NCBI RefSeq assembly: GCF_002113885.1
Contig: NW_018407191.1
Location: 520,744-584,743 of the forward strand
Origin: Mizuhopecten yessoensis
Taxonomy: Eukaryota
DNA: 64,000 nucleotides
Direction: 5' to 3'
Shown here: positions 40,101-53,081 of the stretch, in pieces
Position numbering within the stretch: position 1 is the stretch's first letter
Layout: every line of letters starts with the position of its first letter
Notes under the pieces: generated by a model
What the model saw: only the letters and a program-made list of their open reading frames with translations
Database searches by the model: none
Told to the model about the DNA's origin: nothing
Position numbers and translations under genes: made by a program

Positions 40101-43100
40101 TGAAAAGATTATATTGAAAAAGAATACCTTTTTTATTTATTTTTTATATATTTTCCATTTAAATATTGTAGATTTCATTTATTTGCTTCATAGATCATCA
40201 GATGAAACTTGTGCATTCGTGATTTAGCTTTGTTTCTTTTAACAGATATTTTCAAACATTTTCCCTTCAGATGATCAACATGTTTAAATCATAATATTTA
40301 TCCAGGAGAATTAATGTTATAATTTTGTGTGCTACTCACCTATTGAATGTATAATATTCAATTACTGCCACGGGTAATTCCGCAAGAGAAAGGAGAAAAA
40401 AACTCAAATAGCGATCTAGAGGTAGAGAGGCAGAGGATAGAGATAATCCGTAGTATGTTAGACTATTAACAAGCCTGAAACATAGAAAAAATACCAAACT
40501 AACAAACTGATTAAAAATACGAAAACAAGAGAATATAGAAGTGTCAAAAGAAACATATTTCCAACTCTTAATGGCAAAATATGAACCAACGAAAGATTCA
40601 CATGGTGACCTCTTAAAAATACATAATGAGGGAGAAGACCAGGTGCTCCGGAGGGGTAAGCGTTCCCCGCCTCATCGAAGTTTAAAGATGTGGAGTATTT
40701 ATATGTACAGTTGTACCTTCGTGATCAAGCACTACTTACCTAATAGTATAGTCCCACTATCCGACCAGATAGAATAGACTTTTCCTATTCAAAATTTCTC
40801 TATAATCCAACAACTTTTGATTGGAAAAAAGATGGTTTGATTATCAAGGTTTCTTTAGTATGAAGGGGATGTACCTCGTTTTTTACGTGTTGGACTAGGA
40901 ATTTTCTAGAACCTGAATCATGGTTTAAACTCGTGACCGATAAGTAGTATTATTCTGATGTCTATTTCGATGTTAATATCTGCACTTAAGTTGACATTTG
41001 ACTTTGAAATTTTATTTATTATGTATTTTTGGTGAAAATGCGTTTAAAGGATGTAGAAGTAGGCATTAAAGAAAACATAAATATATGTACATGTATTCAT
41101 ATCTGTAGCGATATATTACAAGATAAACACAGCAGTGTTTAATCTCAACTAATTCTCTCTGAGTGCCGATTCAAAGTGGAAAACGAAATTAGAACAACTT
41201 ACAATCGGAACACCTCGTGTTGCAACGTAAGCCAAATAATAATTGATTTCAGTCAGCTACAAGGTTGAAATTCGAAAGGATTATTAATTGCTTTGAAGCA
41301 ACAGTATATCATTAATTGATCACTATGAGTATGTGATGGCGAATACGTTAATTGGAAATGAAAATGTCTCTAAAAAAGAAAAGAATACATCTCACCAACG
41401 ATCAACATTTCTTTTTTAAATCTTATTGAAATTTCCACATTACTAAACTCACATCAGTTACTAGTATTAAGATTTTAATCGTGGTACTGTCAATGTAATC
41501 GTTCGCTTTTCTCAGAGCGCGAAATGTCACTCTCCTATTCTCTTACAGAGTTACAGAGTTGCATATATTTATTTAAAACAACGAAATATGCATGATCGCT
41601 AACTGTTGAGTTGATTTGAAAAGTTGAAGAATATTTAACCTCCCTTAAGTAATCCTACTGTGATTAAGGCACACCCTGAATATTCTGCCAAATTCGAGTG
41701 TTTTTGTGATGCTATGTTGAAAATATTGTTTCAAACTGGGATCGCTTCGTATATAGTGATATTAATTCAATTAAATTGTGAAAAATCGGCAAACTTTGAT
41801 TGAAAAGATATCGAAGTTATATTTTATAATCCTTAAAGTTTTTAAGACGGTACACGGCGCATATAAAGGTGTATATTTACATTTGCCTTCCATTACAACG
41901 CATAAATAAGGCAAATGTTGTTATGAGACTATAACAATATTTGCTATTGTAACGTCATCACCTCTATTGTGACGTCATCAATTTCATTGTTGTCAATACT
42001 TAATTTGCTGTTCAAAGAACTATTCGAAATAACTAAATAAAGCATTACTACTCTATTGCTAATGCCGGGTTTGGTTCAGTTTGTTATTAATAGCGATGCG
42101 TTTTATAGGACCATTACAACATTTGCTAAAACATTCATTGTTTAATTAACACAGTTTTATTGTCCATCCGTTAAGGAACCTCGCATTACTGCCAAAAACG
42201 GTAACTATACAATAAAAACCAAGTTTGCAGGCATGATTATATTGTTAAGTGTGATGATAATAATAATGTTTTGGTAAATACATTTATAAACTTACCAAGT
42301 ATACGTCATGATGAGGGTGATCATTGCTATTCGCCGGCGTGTAAATAGAGTCAAAACCGTATACTTTGGTAGCATAGCCGGCGACTGCTCCAAAATGACT
42401 TCCTTTCGCTCCTTTTGCTTGCCATCCACATTTTGATTTTGGTTTGGTTTCTTTATTAGTTTTTCTTGTAATACAGTCGATGTACATGTAGCATTGTCGA
42501 CAATCTGCAAGACTTCTTTTTCGTTTACCTTATTCATTTTTGCAGCCTTCCTTAAAAGTGTCTTTGCTTTGTCTATCTTACCATTGGCAAGGAGCCAGAG
42601 AATAGATTCGTCAAATGTCCTGCGATGGAAATATAATTTATTAATATATAAAGTTCTTATTATTTTTAGAAGTCTACATTATATTATAGTTTAAAAACTA
42701 AAATTATAAGGTAAACCGAAAACATTGGTGTAAAATGACCGTATTTCACTTGATTCTGAGTAAAGATTATTTTTATTATTTTTATTTTACCAAAAGAATA
42801 GTTTATTTCCCTTCTAATTGTCATACTCATCAGTATTGTTTTATGATTTAAAGATAGTTACATGTACAAAATTGCTAAATGTCTTGTCTATTCAAAGCAC
42901 TTACTAGTTGAATATGAACGGATATTTGAGGAAAAATATTTAAAATGAAACAATGACAGTTCTCATTATGTAGTTTTAGTTGTTACAATACGAACCAAAA
43001 TCCGAGAAGACAGTGCACTGATGTTAAGGAGAGGACAAGGTAAAGATATCGCCAAGACAGATCCCTCATTATATAGGCCAGTGGTGCAATCACGCACAGC

Positions 43101-46100
43101 CCAATTGTCCATACTGTGCATCCGAGTACTTCTGCCATGAACCGGCTTTCCTCCGGAAGTATCTCTACAGTCATCACAGCCCTTGCCATGGCCATTCCCT
43201 ATAATACGAATATAACATTTTACACCATATAAATCGGAAGGTGTGTCTGTTAATTTCTTACCATTTATTTCTTAAAGATTAAAGTTTGTTTGTGTTTTAC
43301 GTCCTAATAACAGCTTTGGTCATTAAAGGACGTGTCGGGATTTGATGATGGAGGAAAGACGGAGTTTTCGGAGAAAATCCACCGACTTTCGGCCAGTACC
43401 TGGTGACTGCTCCAAGTAGGTCTCGAACCCTCAAAGCACCATGACCCCTTATTTATAGAGAAGGGCAATCTTTGATGTTAGGGTATAGCTAACATTTTGC
43501 AACAAATATGAAACAAATTATATTAACTTGTAATGTTAACCTGAAAGGGTTCTTAATGCCTTATGCACTGAGCCACCCGATCACCCAATAGATATATTGA
43601 TATTTATATACATAGGGAAATATGCTGTTTTCCTTTGGTTACTTATTTTTTATCTAGATTTACATTTAGGTTATCGTCGATGAAGCAGACGGTGCTTATC
43701 CTTCCAGAACACCTGGTCTTATTTTCCTTGTACTTTTTTGCGGGTCTGTATTCAAATCTTTCCTGTTTTCTTATTTCTGCCTTAGTTTTATCAATGACAA
43801 TTAAATATTTACATTTGCATGGCATTGTCACTATATAGCCTCTTTGAAAGCTGTGTCGTTGATGGGACTTTAATTACCATGCATCACGAAACACAATTCT
43901 TAGCGTATTAATACAACACTGACCGGAACTACAATATCTAATATAAATAAACATGACGGCTGCATTGTGACATTTGACAATGCCATTGTAAATTTATGTG
44001 CAAAATAAAAAATAAAATAAAAAACACTTTTATTACAACGAAAACAAGACCAATGTCTGCAATATCGTACAAAATGCACATCGGTTGAAATCACCAATAC
44101 TGGCAATGGAAACAATTTTAACGCTCATGCAATCCTACATGTATCAGAAATATCGTCTGTTACACTGCACTGATCAACAGGGGTTCGTTACAAATGTCTG
44201 AAATACACATATTATATAGACCTACTGACACATATGTTACAGACCTACTGATATGAGTCACAGCACACATAAACATTTCAGACATTTGTAACGAACCTGT
44301 GCTCCGTCGCAAGATCACTCACTTCAAATGCTATCTTTCACGCGTCTTGCATCCACCATTCCTCAGTTTCTGACGACATGACAAACAACGAGGATGTTAT
44401 AGAATCTACCGACTGTTGTCAGGTTCCCATACAATCAACAAATACATTCACGCCTCGATTCTTCACAAAATGAGAAAAGTTCGAATTAACTTCCAAAAAT
44501 AACTCCATCGTGGAGGGCAAGGTCGGATTTACGGTGTTCAATGTATTTGTCCATGCGCGAAATTTGTTCCGGGGAAAAATCGAAACAATTTCAAATATAA
44601 CTTTTAGCTCAGAGTTCTATTGATAAACTTAAATCACCCTATAGACATATCATACGCAATTGTATTGATACTGAATTGTGGAATAAAATTGAAGTGTTTG
44701 TAACTTTGTTTGCCAATTAGCACGCGACAATACGCTGTTCAAACTATTGAACGAAATTGTGTGGACTGTCAATAAGGCGATAATTTTTAATTTTAAATAT
44801 AAATTATAAGTTAAAAAAGAACATAACAGGCAGAGAAAACGTAAATATAAGTATTGAACTGTTTTTGTATGGTATTTATGATCTATTTGAATGACAGCTT
44901 TGCAAGCAAACAAATCATAATGCGCTAGCGTGCATTATGTTTCTTTGCTTGCAAAGCTGTGTCATTCAAATATATCATAAATACCATACAAAAACAGTTC
45001 AATGCTTAAGTATTTTCATGGTTTTTTGTTTTCTTTTTGTATGTTTTGTTTGTTTTGTTTTTTGTTTTTGGGTGATAAAATAACATATTTGATGGAATGA
45101 TTTATACCAAACTGCTCCCTTAATAAACAAACATTTACCATTTTGAAAATCCTTGCTTACATAATTATACAAAAGAGTGCATCTTTACATGAAATGTAAA
45201 CCAGAAAATTTGAAATTGATTTGAGTAAGAGTGAGTGAGTGAAATGACCATTTCAATTTGAATTATGTTTATAGAACACCATTAACTATGAAGGGATTCT
45301 GTGATTCTAGAGCCCATAGATCATATCTATTATGTTTGTTCTGTGAAAAAGAAATGCCGATAGACATACCTGATGTGAAAAACCGCATATAAACCGCATT
45401 ATGGCATAGCATGTAAAAGTAGGGAGTAGAGAGGCACCAACCCCCGAGGCAAACAGGGCAATTTGTGACGTCACTAAAACAACCTTCCGTCCAAATTTGT
45501 CCGACAGCTGTGGTAAAAAAGCCGCTCCGACCATCTGACCGATCATCAGCAACATTTGGGACACCTCTGCTCTCTCCGCTCCCTCACACACGAGATCCCA
45601 CTGTGACATGCAAAAAACAGAACAGCTCCGAAAGTCAACATATCCAATATTGGCCCACCTTGCTTCACTTCAACGTTTGGCCAATTTTTGTTCAGCGGAA
45701 GATTTGTGTACAGTAATAACCAATATTTGTTTAGTTATTGAGAAGCATATTTCACAAGATAATGAATAAAATGGTCTTAAATAGGTTGTTTTCTATTTAG
45801 AATTTCTATCCATAATTAAAATATCCTCGTCATCTCTAGCGTTGATGTACAAATAGCAACGTTTCATTTAAACTAATAACGTCTTTTCTATGTTATTATC
45901 ATTGAAAAAGTACCATTTCCTTAACGCTCATTCGGTCCATTTCTGGACCTTATACTGCACAACATGGTAATTTCGGTCATTTAAGACTCATCAATGGTAC
46001 AGTGTACTACATGTCAAAAGAATGGAAACCCAAGTGTAAAGTCTAAACAAATCTGGGAAAATAGCGAAAGAGGGAAAAGGCCTCTTTCCCTTAACAACAT

Positions 46101-48225
46101 CAGATCATATATTGTTTAAATAGTATTCTTGTAAAATGTATCGAACTTAATTCCAATTCACAGTTAGGGCTGAGAGTTCACCAGCAGATCAAACCAACTT
46201 GTTACGTAGAATCTTCACTAGAAATTAATACGAAGTAAGGAATAATTCATTTACATCCGTAATACACATTCGATCCCTCTCTAGTCCGTACTTTTGTATA
46301 CTATTGAAGCATCTTTGTAACACACATTCAGTCTTTCTCTAGCCAGTATTTATGCTAACCGATGAATTACTTTTATAACACATATCAGTCTTTCTCTAGC
46401 CAGTATTTATGTTTACCGATGAATGACTTTTGTTACACACATCAGTCTTTCTCTAGCCACTACTTATGTTTACCGATGAATGACTTTTATAACACATATT
46501 CGGTCTATCACTATCCTGTACCCATGCATACCGACGACTTACCTCTGTAACAAACGTTCGATCTTTCTCTAGATCGTACGTATATCCTGCCGGACATGGT
46601 GACAGTTTCATCAGAGTCGTGTTGGTACCATTTATGAGGATATCAACGTGACAGGCTTGGTAAAGAGGAGTGAGACTGGCGTTCGACAGTGTGTCATACA
46701 TACTGGTCGTATTCCCGAGGTCAGCACATTGGTACGATGGACGATATCCTAAGGACATAAAATATATCCTGAAAACGTGACCAAATATAGAGGGAAAATC
46801 ATATGACCAATTGTCATATGGAGGGGGGATGAATCAATGCCAAACCTGAGAGCTTGTTCAATTTTTCAACAACCAAGAATAGGCTGGGATACTTTTTTTC
46901 GGGAAATGGAACTTGGAGGTTCCCAGGCCCTAACCGTCTATCATAGGAAACGATCGAGACCCACGCCATTCAACACATCCCACTGCATGTGTATCGTAAT
47001 AGGTTACTACTGTGGTATCCCCTGCTGATTCGGAGTTTGTTTTCCGTGTCTTCGTTCAAAGGGACATGGAAGAGATCAAAATTGATCTGCTGCCCCATTA
47101 CCATACTTAGAATTTTTCGTTTCCTATCTTTCCTGTCTTCTTTCTTTTCCATCTACTTTCTCATTCCGCTGGTGTCTCACTAGGTACCCGTCCTCAAAAT
47201 GACATTGGCTGTTGCGAGGACGTTAAACCCCAAACAAAAAACAAACAAAAACGTCTAACGCCATCGAATGGACACTGGTAAACAAGGTGAAAAATAAACA
47301 GTTCTCAAATAGATGAGCGAGTGGACAGAGATGTTGCTTCTGGGCAAAGTTTTGCTAACCTATACAAAATGATAGGATAAATGCAATAGGAGCGGATAAA
47401 ATTGCGTTTATCTATGATTGCTCTGTTTGAAGTGTCTGCATATTGATAACTATTTCATAAATTGTGAGTGCGCCAAATACCCGTCATTGAGTATTACTTA
47501 GACGGTTCCTGTACTCTACTGTCGATTACAATGACAACTTAACCGATAAACACCTATGAAAACAACATATATATTACCAAGGTTACCATGGAAACGTCAA
47601 TAAATGTTACCTACCTACTAGAGACAATAATCAAAAACTGGAAACCTTCGGATACCAACAAAGATTGCACACATTTATAAACCAAAGCCATTAAAGTGAA
47701 CCTTTTAAGGATTGTCGGGTGGCGCAGTAGATAGCGCACTTGCCTTTAACAAAGACGGCCGGGGTTCGACTCCCCGATCGGACGCTAAAAGGTATTGGGT
47801 CACCTGCCCGACAACGTCCTCCGGGTACTCTACAGTGTACCACATCAAGACACTCTGCACACTTCCATCCGTTCCAATAAGAGTGAATAATATAAGTTAT
47901 ATAAGAAATCCTGTTTCATATTTGTTGTAAAATAACTTGGATAATTAAGTTAGATAATTAATGAGTTATTTTAAATATAAACTGAAGGAAACAAACAATA
48001 ATATCTAGCTATTTAGGCGATTACCATAAAATCATCATCAAAGATTACCTAACTAAAATTATTTACCTTGAACACATCATATTACCTACCTATAAATACG
48101 ATAACCATTAGATGTACAGACTCAGAAAACACTGAAGTAAGTTGTAGAAAAATCTGAATACATTGATATCGTCCCCATACTCCTAATGTCCTCCAGGCAT
48201 CATCTAGGTAGTTAAGTTTTGCCAT
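34141..48225 (-). CDS. SLC22-family (organic cation/anion transporter-like, MFS) paralogue B; 10 exons, 565 aa, intact
   Basis: Exons 48225-48090, 46748-46543, 45600-45370, 43198-42996, 42619-42296, 40474-40340, 39482-39397, 37547-37430, 34952-34880, 34326-34141 give 1698 nt of open frame, all GT-AG. Motifs GRYQ, Cys/N-glycan loop ending TFVTEWDLVC, SDKFGRK, ESILWLL, LTYYG, GRKK, TPELYPTNLRNVGIG, LPEP. Confidence 0.93.
35642..36020 (-). mobile_element. Miniature non-autonomous LTR element (TRIM) with tRNA-derived LTRs
   Basis: Two 128-bp direct repeats (35642-35769 and 35893-36020), each TGT...ACA and each containing a tRNA-like A box/B box unit on -. The 123-bp interior has a PBS-like TTTGCTGCCTGTGACC and a PPT GAAAAAGACAGGAGGAA. 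Confidence 0.8.
37853..37995. repeat. Imperfect ~140-bp palindrome, probably the end of a non-autonomous Crypton-type element
   Basis: ACTTGTGTTTTTCTAACGAATCAGAAAGCA and TGCTTTCTGATTCGCTAGAAAAATACAAGT flank a central CACTCGT..CACTCGT motif; a related motif occurs at ~34670-34725. Confidence 0.7.
38645..39184. mobile_element. MITE with 28-bp TIRs
   Basis: TGTAACGTCACGCTACCACAATTGGTAC and GTACCAATTGTGGTGGCGTGACGATACA (2 mismatches). Confidence 0.75.
39681..39865. mobile_element. MITE, same family as those at 54280 and 60655
   Basis: TA|CTGTAAAACCTCGATTTAATGCC ... GGCAGTATAAAGAGGTT; the interior aligns with the copies in the C4-like genes. Confidence 0.75.
43283..43445 (-). mobile_element. SINE fragment (V-domain-like core)
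   Basis: Aligns with 56052-56242 and 62492-62714: TTTACGTCCT, GGAGGAAAG.CGGAG...GGAGAAAA, GGCCAGTACCTGG. Confidence 0.65.
44182..44297. repeat. 23-bp perfect inverted repeat
   Basis: GGTTCGTTACAAATGTCTGAAAT (44182-44204) and ATTTCAGACATTTGTAACGAACC (44275-44297). Confidence 0.85.
44848..45008. repeat. Near-perfect ~160-bp palindrome
   Basis: Arm TAAGTATTGAACTGTTTTTGTATGGTATTTATGAT...GCTTTGCAAGCAAA..CATAATGC and its reverse complement around GCTAGC. Confidence 0.85.
46258..46585. repeat. 57-58-bp tandem array including the 3' end and splice donor of SLC22-B exon 2
   Basis: Anchors at 46282, 46340, 46397, 46454, 46512 and 46570. Confidence 0.85.
47715..47900 (+). mobile_element. tRNA-derived SINE
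   Basis: A box TGGCGCAGTAGA, B box GGTTCGACTCC, then a CTCCGGGTACTC core. Confidence 0.7.
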
Positions 48226-51074
48226 GGTGTTTGTGGACAGGATAAATTGCCGAATGTGAATCGATTTAGACCAGTACTGTTTAGTTCTCTTACAAATATC
48301 ACCCAACAAGTACAGGTAAACATATTACTATACATGTATTCTGAAGCGGCTGCGAAAATGCTTATATATATGCAGTAACATTTGGGAGCTGACATCACAT
48401 GATATTCGCGGTAATAAGTCGTGAACATTGATGGTATTCTAAAATGTATTAAAGTGTTGACACGATGGTGAAATATCTTACCTATCGAGCGGTGATTTAT
48501 TTGGTTGCTTAACCCGAGGCTCTGCCGAGGATAAGAAAAGAGCCGAGTGTAAGAAAAACAAAAAAATATCCGTGTTGGATACTATGCATAAAAACAATAA
48601 GTTTTCTACCCTGAGTTGCACATAATCTGTCCTAATCACCCCTACAGGTCGGGAAACAAGAAAATAATACACCTGCTTTTACCCATTGCATATATAGTTT
48701 AAAGGGGCATCACGCTGAAGTAACTTTTTTTTTGTCTTTTTTCCAAATACTACATAAACATATCAAGTGAGACTCCTTATGGAAAATGCCGATCGGATTT
48801 GGCTGAAATAGATTCATAAAAATGATTAAATCTAAGATAATCATCGGTATTTCTACCTGTCTGACCAACGTTTTGTTCAGGGATTTCCCTCTACTAGCGC
48901 ATGCGCATAGCACACCATTTCTTTGTAAACAAAATGACTGGCCGTGTGAAGTAAGCCAAAGAAAAGTGTTGTACCGTGTCAGCTACGAAGCGAATAGTTG
49001 CCAAATGGTCAAAAGATAGCGCAAGGGGTACGTTACGGAATCATTATTGCCAGTGGGAAGTATTCAAAGCAGAAAATAACTGCCCTAGCAGTCAGTACGG
49101 TGCATGTTTTCTTCCGGATAGCGGCCGGTTAAGCTGAAATAAAATCGACAGAAATGCTAGCGCTGTTTATGTTATGAATAAATATCTAAAACTATTAACC
49201 TCGCTAGTATCATTGTGTGAGTTTGAACACAGATGAACTTAGTTTAATATGTTAATGGGCATGTATCGGAGAGAGTTTACTTTGTGTTTTTTATAATTAT
49301 ACAGTGGTTTATGCAAACGAAAGGGATAAGTGACTGGTTAGTTTGATTTTGCCATGAGGCCCCCCAAGGGATAACTGCTGTGATGGCCACGGCGTATTCT
49401 GTTCTCTGATCCTCTGTCGGTGCTCGGGGTCAAATGAGATACGTGCGCTATTAGATTTACATAATTTATAATATTACCGGGATCAGTAAAATGGTATGAT
49501 TTAATTATATTGCTGAATTAAACGATTGTTTTTTGTTTTGACATGCAAGTTTTAAATTAGTACTAATATAATACCCGGCCTGCCCTGGCGCGACGACGCA
49601 ATATATAAAAAAAAAATCGCTCTTCGTCAGAAAGCTACGTTATCGCAGCTAGATTAAAAATGTCAAAATGACGGACCAGGATGAATAACTGAGGAAGGAG
49701 AACCTACTTCTAGTAAATAGGATCGCATAACACTTTTTTTTTAAATCGTAATTTTTCAACAGTTCATGTTTTCATATGATGTTGACTTAGAATGTATGAT
49801 CATGTAACAACCTTTTCTCTATAAAGAATAAATTTTCGACTTCAGATAGAATCGGAATACGTATTGAAAACAGGGGAAAAAATATTTGATTACGTTATAA
49901 AAATGGCGCGTGCTGCCGATAACTACGGCTTCTGTTTCGGACCAAAGGAACTGATTAAAGAAAAGTTGTCTCAGCATAAAAAGGTCCATTTAAAAGTATG
50001 CTTTAATCTCTGTAAAGTATTGAAAAAATATAATTATCAAGTATCTCAACACGTTCCTTATTGACACATATTCTACATGTACACGTAGTGGTTTTGCCAT
50101 ACAGTTTATTGTGTGTGATGGTTAATATGACTTCCTAAATGTTAGCGTTTGGAGACAGTGAAAGTGGGAAAGAGAGTATACATAGATTTATATTCATGGT
50201 CTAGAAAAAAAATGGCCAAAGACATTGAGTTGTTTAATGTAATAAATAAATTCACAAACGTTTCCTTTTTATATTCGCGTGTAGTTTGTCATTGCATATA
50301 TGCACTTTATGTAAACATTTGAAAAGGGATATTCGTCTCGTGAATATTCCTTTTTACAGAAAGGTTTGTCCCATTGTTGAGGGAGTGTTTAGCCCCGTAC
50401 CACCTGTACCGGTCACGGGAGAAGGCTGTGATAAATTGTAAAAACTTGTGCCCCATCCTTTGTTTAATTTTATTGGCAACAAATTTATGTTAAAAGCTAA
50501 ATAAATTTAAATTCTTAATATTGGCAAGTGTGCAATTAACTTCTGATGATGAATAATTACTGTTCAATAAGTTTGAATACGGAATTAGAAATCATATAAC
50601 TTGGTTTCATAGTGCGGTAAGAAGTTGCAGTTGCCTGACGGCCCCTCTCTGAGGGCCCCTTTGTAAACCGTTTCATCTCGCTCGCACCACTTGTGTTTGC
50701 TGCCTAATCAGGTGACGTTATCGGCGCTATTTTTAGCCGGGCTTTCCCGAACAATTCAAGTGGTCAAACTGGACATTTGGAACGGACTATGAATATGGGG
50801 ATAGCGAGGTAACATAAGTGGAAGTGTATACAATACATACATTCATTAAAAAAAAACCGCCTTTTCACGTGATGTCCCTTTAAGAAGCGAATAATGTGAG
50901 AACCGCGGCAGAATTGTGGATTTGTGCCCTCTACTTTGGGAAACAAAAGTGACAAAATTAAATCTGCTGCATCAACTGCAATAGTTGGGATCTTTATATT
51001 TCTCTCCACCTCTAACTTCCTTTAAATTCCTAGCTTCCTGCCTTGTTTGGCAATACCTCGCTTTTGGATTTGAT

Positions 51075-51310
51075 GTTGAGCGTACGTCCAGGAGAGGAAG
51101 GCAATGGGTTCTGTGCCCAGGCCGGGACATACCAAAGTCCTTAAAAATGGTAGTTGTTATTACCTTCTTAATGTTTAACATTTTAGGAAATGGCAACAAC
51201 TGGTTCACCCGTTGTCAGTATAGTATGACCGGGCAGAATGCTGTGCCTGGTGCCCTCGGCATGGTATTTCAGTGAGATAGCACTATGAAATCGGCAATAA
51301 GTTTCAAACA
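51075..51310 (+). mobile_element. Decayed SINE (Meta-domain-like core)
   Basis: Degenerate tRNA head, then CATACCAAAGTCCTTAAAAATGGTAGTTG and TTTCAGTGAGATAGCACTAT, motifs I recall from mollusc SINEs. Confidence 0.5.
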
Positions 51311-53081
51311 AATTAAAACCCTATATTTATATCGGCGTACGCCTTTGTTTGAAATCGAAGCTCGCATAACACGAGAACATAGGTAGTAGGTGGAATGGTA
51401 CGCAATGTTGAAAAGTCAAAAGTTTTGAAAGAAGAAACATGTTTGAGTAGAGGATGTAATCGATTGGACTACACAAATGTCACTATAAAGCCTTCATATA
51501 TATTCTTTTTTCAATCCAAGAATTAATTAAAACAGATAACACGTCAAACCTCGTTATTTTCCTGTTGCAGCTGTCACAAGCATCCATTTTAACAGCAAAC
51601 AATACAAATGCGTATATATATCAGTATTTGTGTTGACTACTTAGTATAGTGAATACAGTGATATTCGTTGGAAAAGATCTAATCAACAATGGGCATTCAT
51701 TAACTGTATCAAGTATTCTCCACACAGTCAAAATTCATCATGGTTTACAATTTTCTGTTTTCCATAATAAAGTCACAAAAGTTGTACACGAACAAGGATG
51801 ATTTTTTCTGAATGTGATCTCTGAATACAGGTTTGTGATTTCAGTTTACAGTAAAACCCCGCTAACTCCAACTCGTGGGGTCCAGATCAATAGTTCGAGG
51901 GTTACATGGTATTCGACGAATCCGAGGTTCGACCGACATCGTCATTTTGTTTTATCAGGTGTGACGACAGACAGTACGAGCGCACTGTAAATATGGCGGA
52001 TAGTAGAAGATAGAAGTAAAAGAGAAGTTTATTAAAGACGACAACATTTAATAAGATATAAATTAGCTGACCAATGAAAACATGAAGCCATCGGTATTAA
52101 GAAATAAAATGAAATACAAAGGCTGCCTGTGTAACGTACTTGTCGTTTTGACACAGTCCGCCATTCTGTAATAGGCAAAGTTAGTTTTACAAAATATCAA
52201 AATGCAAGGAACTCTTCGTTCATTTTAAAATGAAGAAAATCTTGACTCCCTGTTATCATAATGTTAACTGATAACAAAATTAACAATCACGACGTATTCA
52301 ATTATGAATATCTTTAAAGATGGTCCAGAATCCGCTATGTGATTCCTTTTTAAGATTTTAAATATGTTTTGATTATACAAAAAATATAAAAGTGGTGTGC
52401 ATTTCTAAAGACATATTCATTTTAAACACTTTCACAAAACCATTGCCGATACTTAAAGACATTGAAGTGCCATTTTTACCTTTTCTGTGCTTTAATAAGA
52501 CGTTGGGAGTAATTTCATATTTGCTACAATGTTGACATCATTAACTGCATGGATGGATAGCATAAAAACCTATTGAATGCACTTACCAACTGATTTTAAG
52601 TTGTTGCGTTATCAAATGAAGAATTCATTAAAACAGATAGCACGTCAAACTTCGTGTTGTTATCATTTTCCCGTTGAAATTGTTACAAGCACCAATTTAT
52701 AAAGCAAACAATACGTATGTGTATGTAAATCAATCTTTGTATTTACTACTTAATGTAGTGAACGCAGTTAAGCGATATTCGTTTGAAAATATTTCATTAA
52801 CAATGGACCTCTGAAATTATGAATATAACTCCGTACACATAACGTAACGATATACAATGTGGTAGAAGGAATCTTCATAAACCAATGTTTTTTTTATCTG
52901 AAATGAGCAAAACCACATTATCAGGAACTCTAGTCTTGCTCGGCGTCAAATTGTCAAATGAGTGGGTGTTACATGGCATAAGTCGAGATAAACCTTTGTA
53001 TCTACTAACTGGGTGATTTCTGTCTGCCGGACGTAAGCACTACACGAAGCGATAAGTTTCGAAGTATCTGTCCTTACCAAA

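Noticed and set aside
46749-46775. Second acceptor TTTTCAG|GATAT 20 nt upstream of SLC22-B exon 2
   Set aside because: It would shift the frame; the downstream AG matches paralogue A.
48690-51000. Short ORFs and CpG-richer patches between SLC22-B and the C4-like genes
   Set aside because: No coherent exon chain or recognisable domain; likely promoter sequence and old repeats.
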